A stretch of DNA of 64,000 nucleotides from an uncultured Desulfobacterales bacterium (GCA_964647905.1 CAZYJR010000002.1:7198-71197); one strand, 5' to 3'; counted from the stretch's first letter, positions 19,041 to 32,465 are shown. Made by a program: numbers and translations. Notes: a model not told the origin generated them from the letters alone.

Positions 19041-19243
19041 CACACCGACTATCTCCGGGGGGACCTATCATTTGATACCTGCGTGACCAAGGGACCGATT
19101 GGACCCGCTGGCCCGGTATCTGGACAGTTCCATTAGGCTGCCGGAGACTCATCATATTTTTCAGCCTGCTCGCCTACCTGCTGGTTCATGCGCTCTGGCG
19201 CGGCAAACAATAACATGGAACAAAATTATGAGGATATGAGTTA

Positions 19244-19402
19244 TGGACCTGGTAAGAATAATTATTGCGATACTCCTTCCCCCTTTAGGCGTCTTTCTTC
19301 AGGTGGGCTTTGGCGGAGCCTTCTGGTTGAATATCCTACTGACCCTCTTGGGATACATCCCCGGAATCGTGCACGCGGTCTGGGTCATTGCCAAACGCTG
19401 AG
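19244..19402 (+). CDS. YqaE/Pmp3 family small membrane proteolipid (52 aa, below the ORF-track cutoff)
   Basis: [52 protein letters not shown] contains the family signature LPPLGV...FW.N..LT.LG.IPG..HA. Confidence 0.8.
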
Positions 19403-19716
19403 GAGGTGTCCCACATTTCCGCTCGATGGGGCGCTGGAGTATTCGGGTTTTTTCATACGAGGGGAAGCGGCTTGAGTGCAAAGACAAGGGAGTGATAGCC
19501 GGCGGATGGGCCGGTTCGGACCCGCTGATGGTTCCACCCTTTGCCTGCCGGTTGCGCCCTCAAGACAGACGCGGTATAATCGAAATCATCCGTAATGAAT
19601 CTGAGCACTTTGATAGCATTGGGGCCGGAGCCCCTGCGGCGCTCAGCTCGGTCAGCCCGCCGTTTCGAGCCCAAGCCTTGCGATTTGCTGCTGCCTCGAC
19701 TCCGGGGGGAAACTTC

Positions 19717-21177
19717 ATGCAAAAGACTTTTTTGGAAATATTCAAAAGCGCCCTGAGTTCGATTCGCGAACCCTTGCTCGTGCTTGATTCCGACCTGAGA
19801 GTTTTAGCAGCTAACCATGCTTTTTATCATACCTTCGGCGTCAAACCCGATGAAACTGAGGGAGCCCTTATATACGACCTGGGCAACCGGCAATGGGACA
19901 TCCCCAAGCTCAGGGAGTTACTGGAAGAAATCCTTCCTCAAAACACCGAGTTTCATGATTTTGAGGTGGAACACGACTTCGAGGGCCTCGGCCCGAAGAT
20001 CATGCATTTGAACGCCAGGCGCATCTACAAGGAAGCGGATCAAACACAGCTGATTTTATTGGCCATCGAGGATGTGACCGAGCGTGAGTATTACAAAAGA
20101 CACCTTGAGGAGCTTGTTAAAGAGCGAACCGCCGAGCTCGAAGAGGCGAAACAAACGGCCGAGGCTGCGCTCCTCGAAGTCAAGAAGCTGAAAAGCCAGC
20201 TCGAAGCCGAGAGGGCTTATCTTCAGGAAGAAATCAAGCTGCAGTACAACCATGAGAACATTGTCGGCCAGAGCGACGCAATCAATTATGTCTTTTATAA
20301 GATTGAACAAATAGCCGCCACCGACACGAACGTCTTGATTCTGGGAGAGACCGGAACCGGCAAAGAGTTGGTGGCGCGCGCCATTCACGGCTTGAGCCTG
20401 CGCAAGGATCGCGCCCTGGTCAAAATGAATTGCGCCGCACTGCCTTCCAACCTGATCGAGAGCGAACTCTTCGGCCATGAAAAGGGTGCTTTCACAGGCG
20501 CCGATTCCAGGCGGTTGGGGCGCTTTGAAGTCGCCGACGGGGCCACCCTGTTCTTGGATGAGATCGGCGAGCTGCCCTTGGAACTGCAGCCCAAGCTGCT
20601 CCAGGTAATCGATTCCGGCGAGTTTGAACGCCTGGGCAGCTCCGAGACCAGGAGAGCCGACGTTCGCATCATTGCCGCCACCAACCGCAATCTGGAGGAG
20701 GAAGTCAGCAAGGGCGTTTTCCGGGAAGACCTTTGGTTCCGGCTGAGTGTGTTTCCCGTCACCGTCCCGCCCCTCCGGGACCGCCTGGATGACATCCCGC
20801 TGCTGGTCAATTTTTATGTTGACAGGATTTCAAGGAGACTAGGCAAATACATCAAGGTGGTCCCGGTGAATGTCATGGACGCGCTGCGGCGATACCATTG
20901 GCCCGGCAATGTGCGCGAGCTGGAAAACGTCCTTGAACGGGCGGTTATCAACTCTTCCGGGCCCAAGTTGAGGCTGGTTGATGAATTGAAAATGCCTCAA
21001 AAAGATGCCTCAAAAGCTGAAAAAACCTTGGAAAATGTAGGACGTGAATATATAACGCGTGTGCTCGAGCAGGTACAATGGAAAGTGAGCGGCAAGAACA
21101 GTGCCGCTGAAATCCTTGGACTGGATCGCAGCACGTTGCGCGCCCGCATGCGCAAGCTCAACATCCGCAAACCCTAA
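19717..21177 (+). CDS. sigma54-dependent transcriptional activator: PAS + coiled coil + AAA+ + Fis-type HTH (no receiver domain)
   Basis: GETGTGKE Walker A, GAFTGA sigma54-contact loop, and a C-terminal [22 protein letters not shown]. The N-terminal domain is PAS-like ([21 protein letters not shown]). The ATG at 19717 is chosen because the upstream 97 codons of the track ORF look non-coding. Confidence 0.9.
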   Translation: MQKTFLEIFKSALSSIREPLLVLDSDLRVLAANHAFYHTFGVKPDETEGALIYDLGNRQWDIPKLRELLEEILPQNTEFHDFEVEHDFEGLGPKIMHLNARRIYKEADQTQLILLAIEDVTEREYYKRHLEELVKERTAELEEAKQTAEAALLEVKKLKSQLEAERAYLQEEIKLQYNHENIVGQSDAINYVFYKIEQIAATDTNVLILGETGTGKELVARAIHGLSLRKDRALVKMNCAALPSNLIESELFGHEKGAFTGADSRRLGRFEVADGATLFLDEIGELPLELQPKLLQVIDSGEFERLGSSETRRADVRIIAATNRNLEEEVSKGVFREDLWFRLSVFPVTVPPLRDRLDDIPLLVNFYVDRISRRLGKYIKVVPVNVMDALRRYHWPGNVRELENVLERAVINSSGPKLRLVDELKMPQKDASKAEKTLENVGREYITRVLEQVQWKVSGKNSAAEILGLDRSTLRARMRKLNIRKP

Positions 21178-21182
21178 ACGGA

Positions 21183-21200
21183 CAGGCTCAAGAGAGCCTG
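21183..21200 (+). terminator. candidate hairpin terminator after the sigma54 activator gene
   Basis: CAGGCTC-AAGA-GAGCCTG (7-bp stem) lies 6 nt after the TAA stop. The trailing tract GATAAAGATTT is only weakly U-rich. Confidence 0.35.
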
Positions 21201-21604
21201 GATAAAGATTTCGATCCAGCGGTTGCTCAGTCCATAGAGAAGCGGCCGTAAATAGGGTTCCGGCTTACGGCAACCTTTTGCCCACAACCGGATGATCCGG
21301 CGGGGTCATCCGGGGAAGGCGCGGTGCAGGTCGATTCACAGGATCTCAAGGATATCCTCAAAGTGGCGCGCGTCGTTCTCCAGGCCACCGGCATGGAAGA
21401 GCTATGGAAGGGGAAGGGCGCGAAACCCGTGGATATCCGGCTGGAGCACATGGAAAAGAGAGCCGGGCTCTGCAAAGCCAGCTGATTCTCTCAGTATTTC
21501 AGGTCATTAGCGAAAACGAACTCCTCCTTCACGGCTTGTGGATGGCGGCGCTTTGTGGTAGTCGTGTATCTCTGCGAAATCGAAGCGATACAAGGAGCTG
21601 ATAC

Positions 21605-22405
21605 GTGACTGCGCGCAAGGATTTGCTGGTGGAGCGGGAAGGCCCTGTCTCCACCCTCACGATCAACCGCCCGGAAAAGCACAACCTACTCACCCTGGGC
21701 CTCCTCGAGGACTTGGCCCGATGCCTGGAGGAGATTGCAGGGGAGGACGATGTCAGGGTGGTGGTGATAAGGGGTGCCGGAGACCGGGCCTTTTCCGCAG
21801 GCTACGACATCTCGGCCCTGCCGGTTCAACCAAAGGGCGAGGAGCAAGAGAGGCTGAGGCGGGGCCCGCCTCTCGAGCGAGCTTTTCGGGCCATTCGAGA
21901 GTTTCCATACCCCGTGATAGCCATGATAAACGGGATCGCTTACGGGGGCGGGTGCGAGCTGGCCGTGGCCTGCGACCTCAGGGTGGCCTCTAACAAGGCC
22001 CGGATGGGCATGCCCCCGGCGAGATTGGGGTTGGTATACCCGCACCAGGGGCTGCAGCGGTTCGTGCAGGCGCTCGGACTGAGCCCCGCCCTGGAGATCT
22101 TCCTGACAGCCCGTCAATACGACAGCGCCTCCTGCCTCAGGCTGGGACTTGTAAACGAGGTGGTGGACGATTCCTCTCTGGCGGGGCACACCCGTGAGCT
22201 TGCCCTGGAAATCGCGGGCAACGCCCCCCTCTCGCTCAAGGGGATGAAGGCCGCCCTCTACCGGATAGCCTGCCGGCCGGTCCTGGACCAGGAGGACGAA
22301 GAGGCCTTGCGCTCGCTCTTCATAAAATCCCTTCAAAGCGAGGACATGGAGGAGGCCAGGCGGGCCTTCCTGGAAAAGCGAAGGCCCCGATTCAAGGGAA
22401 GATAG
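21605..22405 (+). CDS. enoyl-CoA hydratase/isomerase (crotonase) family protein
   Basis: LTINRPEKHN, RAFSAGYDI and INGIAYGGGCELAVACDLRVA are crotonase-fold motifs. GTG start with an AAGGAG RBS. Confidence 0.85.
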   Translation: MTARKDLLVEREGPVSTLTINRPEKHNLLTLGLLEDLARCLEEIAGEDDVRVVVIRGAGDRAFSAGYDISALPVQPKGEEQERLRRGPPLERAFRAIREFPYPVIAMINGIAYGGGCELAVACDLRVASNKARMGMPPARLGLVYPHQGLQRFVQALGLSPALEIFLTARQYDSASCLRLGLVNEVVDDSSLAGHTRELALEIAGNAPLSLKGMKAALYRIACRPVLDQEDEEALRSLFIKSLQSEDMEEARRAFLEKRRPRFKGR

Positions 22406-22499
22406 GGCCTGGACCGCACCTCCGGCAGGCGGAGGCTCCGGACCTCGACGCCGGGCGCGACCTCCCTGAGAGGCGCCGGCTGAAGCATACCGCCGGAGG

Positions 22500-22775
22500 T
22501 CAGCTGCCCGCCACCTCCTCCTTGAGGTTCTTTCCCGGAACGAATTTGGGCACGTTTCTGGCTTCGATAATGATTTCCTCGCCGGTGGTGATCTTCCGGG
22601 CCTTGCGCTCCCGCCTGAGCTCCGGCTTGAAGGTGCCGAAGCCCACCACGGTCACCGACTCACCCTTTGACAGCGCGTCCCTGATGCTGTCAAAGACCGC
22701 CTCCACCGCCGCCTGGGCCTCCTTTTTGGTGGGCAACACCTTGGCCACCTCTTCCACCAGGTCCTTCTTCCTCAT
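22500..22775 (-). CDS. hup: HU family DNA-binding protein
   Basis: MRKKDLVEEVA...VTVVGFGTFKPELRRERKARKITTGEEIIIEARNVPKFVPGKNLK fits the HU/IHF fold at 91 aa. The track ORF has a 38-codon extension. Confidence 0.9.
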   Translation of the reverse strand: MRKKDLVEEVAKVLPTKKEAQAAVEAVFDSIRDALSKGESVTVVGFGTFKPELRRERKARKITTGEEIIIEARNVPKFVPGKNLKEEVAGS

Positions 22776-22878
22776 GGTCTCGTCCATACTCAAGCTCCTT
22801 TCGTAATCTTTCATTGATCTCCGCTCTTCGGGGAGCGACCCGCCCGGGGATCCGTGGTCGTCCTCCTGGAGACGAGTC

Positions 22879-22908
22879 ATGATACCCAATCGGCCGAGCT
22901 CAGGGCAA
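22879..22908 (-). promoter_or_regulatory. candidate sigma70 promoter for the HU gene
   Basis: The minus strand reads TTGCCC-N18-TATCAT, ~100 nt upstream of the ATG at 22775. Confidence 0.25.
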
Positions 22909-22961
22909 TCTTGAAATGTCGGGACGGGCTGGAAAAATCCGGACCGAGAGGATGAGGAGGC

Positions 22962-23129
22962 TCAAAAGAATTGGGGCTCTACCAGGGATTGCCCGCATTC
23001 ATCACAAGATTTCGTGCCGGGAGCATAGGGGTTTCCCCACTGGGGGCGGACCAACCCCAATTTCTTCCCGTATTCTTTGCAGAACTTGACGCCTTGCCGG
23101 TTCTCAAACTGGCAGTTTGCACATTTCAT
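22962..23129 (-). CDS. small zinc-ribbon protein (55 aa, below the ORF-track cutoff)
   Basis: MKCANCQFENRQGVKFCKEYGKKLGLVRPQWGNPYAPGTKSCDECGQSLVEPQFF. The first CxxC...C knuckle is typical of double-zinc-ribbon N-termini. Lower GC than the flanking sequence. Confidence 0.45.
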   Translation of the reverse strand: MKCANCQFENRQGVKFCKEYGKKLGLVRPQWGNPYAPGTKSCDECGQSLVEPQFF

Positions 23130-23211
23130 TGCATCGCTCTCTAACTTGCGAGTCCAAAGTTCTCACGCCTCATCCAGCAGCCGACCCAAACAAATAGATG
23201 TTCGCTTATTA

Positions 23212-23628
23212 TCATGGAGCTGTTAGCGGATTCTCCACCCGCACGCCCCTGATGACCTGTCCATCGTTTAAGTCCTCGCTCCAAAGAATTTCACAATGGG
23301 CACTTTCGGCCGCCGCCACAATGAGTGAATCCCAGAAGGATATTCGATTGATAACGCCGCAGTCGATAGCACTATAAATGATCGTGGGATCAATGACTAC
23401 GACCTCGAATTGTTCAAAAGCATGCAAAACATCTTTCACCAGTAACGGATCTGCACCAAGCTTTTTTGTTGCGGTTACGTAAAATTCTTGCATGACCTGC
23501 GTGGAAACGACACCGTGAGAATCATTCACTACTGATTTCAATAGGGAGCGGCATCTTTCTCGTTTTGCCGGATCGAATCTATCCATAGAATATACGAGAA
23601 TATTGGTGTCGATGAAGACTTTAGGCAT
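23212..23628 (-). CDS. vapC: PIN-domain toxin (VapC-like)
   Basis: MPKVFIDTNILVY...QVMQEF...FWDSLIVAAA...LWSEDL carries the PIN acidic residues D-E-D-D. It overlaps the upstream antitoxin gene by 8 nt. Confidence 0.85.
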   Translation of the reverse strand: MPKVFIDTNILVYSMDRFDPAKRERCRSLLKSVVNDSHGVVSTQVMQEFYVTATKKLGADPLLVKDVLHAFEQFEVVVIDPTIIYSAIDCGVINRISFWDSLIVAAAESAHCEILWSEDLNDGQVIRGVRVENPLTAP

Positions 23629-23845
23629 CGTATAGGTCCTCTCGCTTCCACCTTTTGCCTTCAGAGTTCGCTTCTGTTTGATCCATCAGCCTAAAGCATT
23701 CATCTAACCAATCTTTGGATTCGGATCTTACGGTTTGTTCAAGTAGCCTTCGTATGAGGGCATTCATCGAGGTATCATGCATCTGTGCATACTTTCTCCC
23801 CGCCTTTAGGAGATCCTCGTCTAAGGAAATGGTTATATTGGGCAT
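23621..23845 (-). CDS. vapB: ribbon-helix-helix type antitoxin (VapB-like)
   Basis: MPNITISLDEDLLKAGRKYAQMHDTSMNALIRRLLEQ fits the RHH/CopG pattern. GGAGGTG RBS. The gene overlaps the PIN gene. Confidence 0.7.
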   Translation of the reverse strand: MPNITISLDEDLLKAGRKYAQMHDTSMNALIRRLLEQTVRSESKDWLDECFRLMDQTEANSEGKRWKREDLYDA

Positions 23846-24374
23846 TTTACACCTCCATCTAAGAGGGAGTTTCACCTGTTTACGGTATGTCGATCCGCTA
23901 TTTGCACATTATAAGTGTCCACTGTTTATGTGTCAATAGTCAGGAGGTCATTACCTCCCTTCCACTTCCCTTGCGCTAAGGGTGGTGAAAAGATTGAACG
24001 GCTGCCTGGAGGTGCAGAGGACAATGGCAGGCTGCCGGACCTCTGTTGCCTCCAGCATTGGGCGATAAGAACCCTGCCTATTCGACATGGTGGTGATCGG
24101 GCGCAAGCGTATGTCGAAGGCCGAGGAGTTCGTGCGGGGCGACATAAGCGTGAAGCTGGTAAGAGCGCTCGAAGGCACAGCCATACCGGTGGACAAGGGG
24201 CCGTGACCTGAACCTGCCTGGATTTGTCCGGGGCCAGCTGCGGGCCGGAGATTCCGCCTTGACTAAAATATAGGGATGTGCCAAATACCGGCATGTTGCC
24301 TTTCGGCCGCCCCGTTCCGCTTCAGGCGACGACGGAGGCGGCGATTAATTGGTACCTGAACCCGGGCGTTTCAG

Positions 24375-25034
24375 GTGGAATATCGCGGCGAGGAGACAGG
24401 GTTGGAATCGAACCCGACCGGGGAGACCAGAAGCAAAAGGACCCTCAAGAAGAAGAGCACCCTGCGGGAGTATGCCGAGGCAGCGGCAATAGCCGTTCTG
24501 CTGGCGCTTTTCATCCGCACCTTCGTGGTTCAGGCCTTCAAGATCCCCTCGGGGTCCATGGAGCCGACCCTCCTGATAGGCGATCACATCCTGGTGAACA
24601 AGTTCATCTACGGGGTGAAGCTGCCCTTGGTGCGCAAGGAGATCATCCCGGTAAGCGAGCCCGAGAGGGGGGACGTGATCGTGTTCGTCTATCCGGTGGA
24701 CCCGAGCAAGGACTTCATCAAGAGGGTGATCGGCCTGCCCGGGGACACCGTGGAGATAATCGATGAAAAGCTCTATATAAACGGGAAACCCTACCGGGAT
24801 GAGCACGGCACCTACACCCCGCGGGCCCCGGGGTTGGACAACCCGGGCGGCAAGTACGATTTCGGTCCGGTCACCGTACCCGAGGATCAATACTTCGTAA
24901 TGGGGGACAACCGCGACCACAGCTATGACAGCCGGTTCTGGGGTTTCGTGCCCGAGTCCTCCATAAAGGGTGAGGCCTTCATGATCTACTGGTCCTGGCC
25001 CCACTGGGAGAGGACCTTCCGGTTCATAGACTAG
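24375..25034 (+). CDS. lepB: signal peptidase I
   Basis: A TM segment followed by IPSGSMEPTLLIGDHILVNKF (catalytic Ser box), FIKRVIGLPGD (Lys box) and GDNRDHSYDSRFWG. The GTG start is uncertain. Confidence 0.9.
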   Translation: MEYRGEETGLESNPTGETRSKRTLKKKSTLREYAEAAAIAVLLALFIRTFVVQAFKIPSGSMEPTLLIGDHILVNKFIYGVKLPLVRKEIIPVSEPERGDVIVFVYPVDPSKDFIKRVIGLPGDTVEIIDEKLYINGKPYRDEHGTYTPRAPGLDNPGGKYDFGPVTVPEDQYFVMGDNRDHSYDSRFWGFVPESSIKGEAFMIYWSWPHWERTFRFID

Positions 25035-25479
25035 CTCCTTGTCTAGGCCGGCCCCTTAGGCGCGCCCCCTTCCGAACGGTCCTCCGCACCTCGGATGCCA
25101 GGGGGAACCTCTGCACCTCTTCCACGGGCACCAGTCGCACCTCGCTTGCATCGGACCCGGCGGTCGGGCTGCCGGAGACGATCACACCCCAGTAATCGGC
25201 TATGACGTAGTGGAAACGAATCCTGCCCGACTCGTCCCTCATTATGCGCTCGGCGATGTGCACCAGCCCGCCAACTTCGATCCCGACCCCGGCCTCTTCG
25301 ACCAACTCCCGCGCCAAGGCCCCGGAAAGGCTTTCGCCCAGCTCCACCACTCCCCCGGGCAGGCTCCATTCGCCCACAGCCGGTTCCCGGGCCCTGCGCG
25401 CCAGGAGCACTCTGTCACCCTCGAAGATCACCCCGGCCACGGCCAATACCGGCCTTGGCGGGTATTCCCGGTCATCCAT
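25024..25479 (-). CDS. NUDIX hydrolase
   Basis: Nudix box GGVVELGESLSGALARELVEEAGV. ATG at 25479. The 3' end overlaps lepB convergently by 11 nt. Confidence 0.85.
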   Translation of the reverse strand: MDDREYPPRPVLAVAGVIFEGDRVLLARRAREPAVGEWSLPGGVVELGESLSGALARELVEEAGVGIEVGGLVHIAERIMRDESGRIRFHYVIADYWGVIVSGSPTAGSDASEVRLVPVEEVQRFPLASEVRRTVRKGARLRGRPRQGASL

Positions 25480-25528
25480 AGCGCCCCCGCTTTTTTTGGG
25501 CCTTGTAACCCCGGTTGTCTTCTGATAG

Positions 25529-29146
<3,618 letters not shown>

Positions 29147-29154
29147 CCGCACCA

Positions 29155-29940
29155 TCAGGCGGCACCGACTCCCAGTCGCCCGATCTCAGGGAGGGGGCCT
29201 CTCTTGAGGCGCTCCAGGTCTTCTTCGCTGGTCAGGTCGAAATGGATCGGCGTAATGGTGATCTTGCCCTGCCTGAGTGCGGCCGCGTCCGTGTCGGGTG
29301 CGTCCTCCTCCAGGGGCGTCTCCCCGGTGAGCCAGTAATAGGCGTTTCCCCTGGGGTCGATCCTGCGGTCGAAGCTCTCCTGGAACCGGCCCACCCCCTG
29401 CCTGGTCAAGACCACCCCGGAGATCCTGGAGGGGGGGAGGGCCGGGATGTTCACGTTGAGGGCGGTGCCCTGCCGGAGGCCGTTCTCAGTCAGGTACCCG
29501 AGCAGCTCCCGGGAAAAGGCGGCTGCAAAACGGAAATCCGGGTCCCGGATGGTGTCCAGGGAGATAGCCGCGGAGCGTATTCCCAGGAACGCACCCTCGG
29601 TGGCCGCCGACACGGTCCCGGAGTAGAGCACGTTCACGCCCACATTGGCCCCCGGATTGATCCCGGAAAGTACGGCCTCGGGCGGGGAGTCCAAGAGTTC
29701 TTGGACCGCAATCTTCACGCAGTCGGCGGGAGTGCCCGATACGCCGTGGCCGAAGAACCTCCCCCCCCTGGTGACGCTTCGCACCCGAAGCGGCGAGCTG
29801 AGCGTTATGGCGTGACCAACGGCGCTCATCTCCACCTCCGGGGCCACCACATGTATCTCGTGCTCCTCGGCCAGGGCCTCGTATAAGGCGATCAAGCCGG
29901 GGGCGTGTATCCCGTCGTCGTTTGTGAGCAGGACTCGCAT
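29155..29940 (-). CDS. surE: 5'/3'-nucleotidase SurE
   Basis: MRVLLTNDDGIHAPGL...GINPGANVG..VLYSGTVSAATEG. ATG at 29940, and the track ORF has a 51-codon extension. Confidence 0.9.
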   Translation of the reverse strand: MRVLLTNDDGIHAPGLIALYEALAEEHEIHVVAPEVEMSAVGHAITLSSPLRVRSVTRGGRFFGHGVSGTPADCVKIAVQELLDSPPEAVLSGINPGANVGVNVLYSGTVSAATEGAFLGIRSAAISLDTIRDPDFRFAAAFSRELLGYLTENGLRQGTALNVNIPALPPSRISGVVLTRQGVGRFQESFDRRIDPRGNAYYWLTGETPLEEDAPDTDAAALRQGKITITPIHFDLTSEEDLERLKRGPLPEIGRLGVGAA

Positions 29941-30061
29941 GGCGGCACCAGCCTCCGATAGACGCTCTTTGTATAGCACGCAACTCGAGCGAAATGAAGC
30001 CCAAACCCCTGCCAGCAGCCGCCGCCGCACGGGTTTCCTCGTTGCATCCGATGGAGTTCTC

Positions 30062-31435
30062 TTGTATAAGAGGACCGAAATCCTTCCCAGCAAGCGCCCT
30101 TCGGATGATCCGCGCGGCCCCGGGGATAGCGAATTGAGCGAAGATCTCCAAACCCGGCAAGACCTCTATCAGCGGGAGCTCGAGACCATACTCCGCTTCG
30201 GGGCCATGGTGAACTCCAGCCTCGACATACAAGAGGTGCTGGACCACGCAATGAAATGGGCCGAGGAGTTCATGAATGCAGCGGCGAGCTCGGTCTACGA
30301 GCTGGACGAGGACAAGGGCGAGCTCTTTGTGCGGCTCGCGCGCGGAGACAAGAAGGGGCCGGTCCAGGGGATGCGGATCAAGGTGGGCGAAGGGGTTGCA
30401 GGACATGTTGTAGCCACGGGCAAGGCCGTGATGGTGGAAGACACTTCAAGTGATGCGCGTTTCAGCGACAAAGTGGATCGACTCACCGGCTTCAAGACCG
30501 AGTCCATGCTTTGTGTGCCGTTGATCGTGCGCGACCGTCCAGTGGGGGCCCTCCAGGTGATAAACAAGAACTCGGGAGGGCCCTTTACACGGGAAGACCT
30601 CAAGCTGCTCACCGCCATGGGCCATCAGGCGGCGGTGGCCCTTGAAAACGCAAAGTTCTACCTGAGGCTTCAGGAAAAGTTCGAGCTGACCGAAAAGGAA
30701 CTCCAGAAGACCCAGGCAAAGCTTCTCCGGATAGGGCGCCTGAACGCCATGGGGCACTTGGTAAGGGGCGTGGCGCATGAAATAAGAAACCCGATTATGA
30801 CCATCGGCGGCTTTGCCAGGAGGATCAAGGACCGTGCCCGGGAGGACGAGAGCCTCTCGCGTTATACCGATATCATCCTGGAAGAGACATCCCGGCTGGA
30901 GAACCTGGTCAGGAGGGTGCACGAGTTTTCCGAGGTGCAGAGCGCCAACCCAGGGCTCAACCGGATCGAGGCGGTCATAGAGGAGACCTACCACGTGATA
31001 CTCAAGGAAGCCCGGGTCCAGGGAGTCGAGGTCCTCCTCTCAATGGACGATGACATACCGCTCCTCAACATAGACTGTCCCCAGATGGCCAAGGCCTTGT
31101 ACAATATCTGCAGGAACGCCCTGGAGGCCATGCCCGGGGGCGGGAAGATGGAGATCCGGGTCACCCGCCCGGACGAGAGCTTTGTGGAGATCACCGTTGC
31201 CGACACGGGCCGGGGGATACCCGAGGAACAGATGGAGTCGGTCTACAACCCCTTTGTCACTTCCAAGACCAGGGGGACCGGCCTGGGGCTTACAATGGCG
31301 CACCAGATCGTAACCAACCACCAGGGCGAGATCCGAATCCGGAGCAAGGAGAATGAAGGCACCACAGTGACCATACTGATTCCGGTGCCGCCCCGGCCCC
31401 CGAGCGAAGCCCCGGATCCGAACGCCGGGGATTAG
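30062..31435 (+). CDS. GAF-domain sensor histidine kinase
   Basis: GAF domain (LDIQEVLDHAM...GVAGHVVATGKAVMVED...MLCVPL), H-box VAHEIRNP, and N/G boxes NICRNALEAM, DTGRGIP and GTGLGL. The start is uncertain: TTG at 30062 or ATG at 30206. The track start at 29924 would overlap the divergent surE. Confidence 0.8.
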   Translation: MYKRTEILPSKRPSDDPRGPGDSELSEDLQTRQDLYQRELETILRFGAMVNSSLDIQEVLDHAMKWAEEFMNAAASSVYELDEDKGELFVRLARGDKKGPVQGMRIKVGEGVAGHVVATGKAVMVEDTSSDARFSDKVDRLTGFKTESMLCVPLIVRDRPVGALQVINKNSGGPFTREDLKLLTAMGHQAAVALENAKFYLRLQEKFELTEKELQKTQAKLLRIGRLNAMGHLVRGVAHEIRNPIMTIGGFARRIKDRAREDESLSRYTDIILEETSRLENLVRRVHEFSEVQSANPGLNRIEAVIEETYHVILKEARVQGVEVLLSMDDDIPLLNIDCPQMAKALYNICRNALEAMPGGGKMEIRVTRPDESFVEITVADTGRGIPEEQMESVYNPFVTSKTRGTGLGLTMAHQIVTNHQGEIRIRSKENEGTTVTILIPVPPRPPSEAPDPNAGD

Positions 31436-31500
31436 AAGAGCAGTAACGAGACCGCTGCAGCAAGCAGGGCAGGAAATCACCCCCTGGAGCGGAGGGTTTC

Positions 31501-32451
31501 ATGGAGCGAAAAGGCAAAAGCAAGACCACCTGGTGGATCTGGGTCTCCATATTGGTCCTATTGGCTGCTGCACTCACCGGCTACCTGGTGATGCGGCAGG
31601 AGGACCAGGAGACCCCTTCCCCCGAGGAGACGGCCCGGCCGGCGCAGGAAAGGACCGAGACCGGAGCCGTGGAAAGAAAGGACCTGCCTCCTCCCTCCAC
31701 AGCCGCGCCCGGGGCGGAGAAGAGCGGCGAGACGCCGTTCACTGGGCCCGACGAACCTGTGGAGGAGGAGGCGGGTGGTGATGAAGAAGAGAAACAGGCG
31801 CCTGCGCCCGGAGAAGAGGAGGTCCCATGCGAGGAAATCCAGGCCCGGGTAAGGGACTTCTTTGATTACCTGGATCGCAAGGAATACGTGGACCAGGTCC
31901 TGCTGGAGAAAGACACCTGGGAGGTCTTCAAGAGCGCCTTGTCCAAACTCTCCGCCCGCCCTCCGATTCCGGCCGGCGAAGGCCTGGACCCGGTGGTGCT
32001 CACAAGGAACGTCTATCACTTTTTCAGGGTACTGAGCGGACGGGAGATCCAACTGGCCAAGGACGTACTTCGCCACGAGTCAGACACGCTCGAGTTCAAC
32101 CTGGAGATGTTCTACCAGTGGCTGACACAAGAAGACCGGTGCGCGGATCCCGAAGAGATCAGGCCCTCGAGAGAAGTGATGTATCGATACGCCGGATTCT
32201 TCCTGAACACCATAGGCGGTCGCTCGTATCTCTTCCGCCGGGCCACTGAGGCCAGGCTCCTGGTGACCTACTATTCCCTGCTGATACTCTACGAGGCGGA
32301 CAAGGAAGGGCGAAACCAGGAAGGCATAGACATCTACCCCTTTGTGAAGCGCACAAAGGAAGAAATCGCCTCCCATCAGGGGTTGCACTTCAAGGAGGCC
32401 TACCTGGAAAAGCTCTCGGAGATGGAGGCCTATTACATGGCCCGGAGATAA
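31501..32451 (+). CDS. hypothetical membrane-anchored protein with an acidic/Pro-rich linker
   Basis: One N-terminal TM (WWIWVSILVLLAAALTGYLV), ~90 aa of low-complexity E/P-rich linker, then a ~200-aa globular region I do not recognise. Confidence 0.55.
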   Translation: MERKGKSKTTWWIWVSILVLLAAALTGYLVMRQEDQETPSPEETARPAQERTETGAVERKDLPPPSTAAPGAEKSGETPFTGPDEPVEEEAGGDEEEKQAPAPGEEEVPCEEIQARVRDFFDYLDRKEYVDQVLLEKDTWEVFKSALSKLSARPPIPAGEGLDPVVLTRNVYHFFRVLSGREIQLAKDVLRHESDTLEFNLEMFYQWLTQEDRCADPEEIRPSREVMYRYAGFFLNTIGGRSYLFRRATEARLLVTYYSLLILYEADKEGRNQEGIDIYPFVKRTKEEIASHQGLHFKEAYLEKLSEMEAYYMARR

Positions 32452-32465
32452 GAGGGGCGATGGAG

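Noticed and set aside
24395-24425. tRNA-like T-loop sequence (minus strand GGGTTCGATTCC)
   Set aside because: The flanks do not form a T-stem (TCGGG against CCAAC). No acceptor stem, anticodon arm or CCA context can be built. The sequence lies in the 5' part of the lepB ORF.
29924-30061. N-terminal 46 codons of the histidine-kinase ORF
   Set aside because: They would overlap the divergently transcribed surE start (29940) and leave no promoter space. The sequence (SRTRMAAPASDRRS...) is not protein-like. An internal TTG or ATG start was chosen instead.
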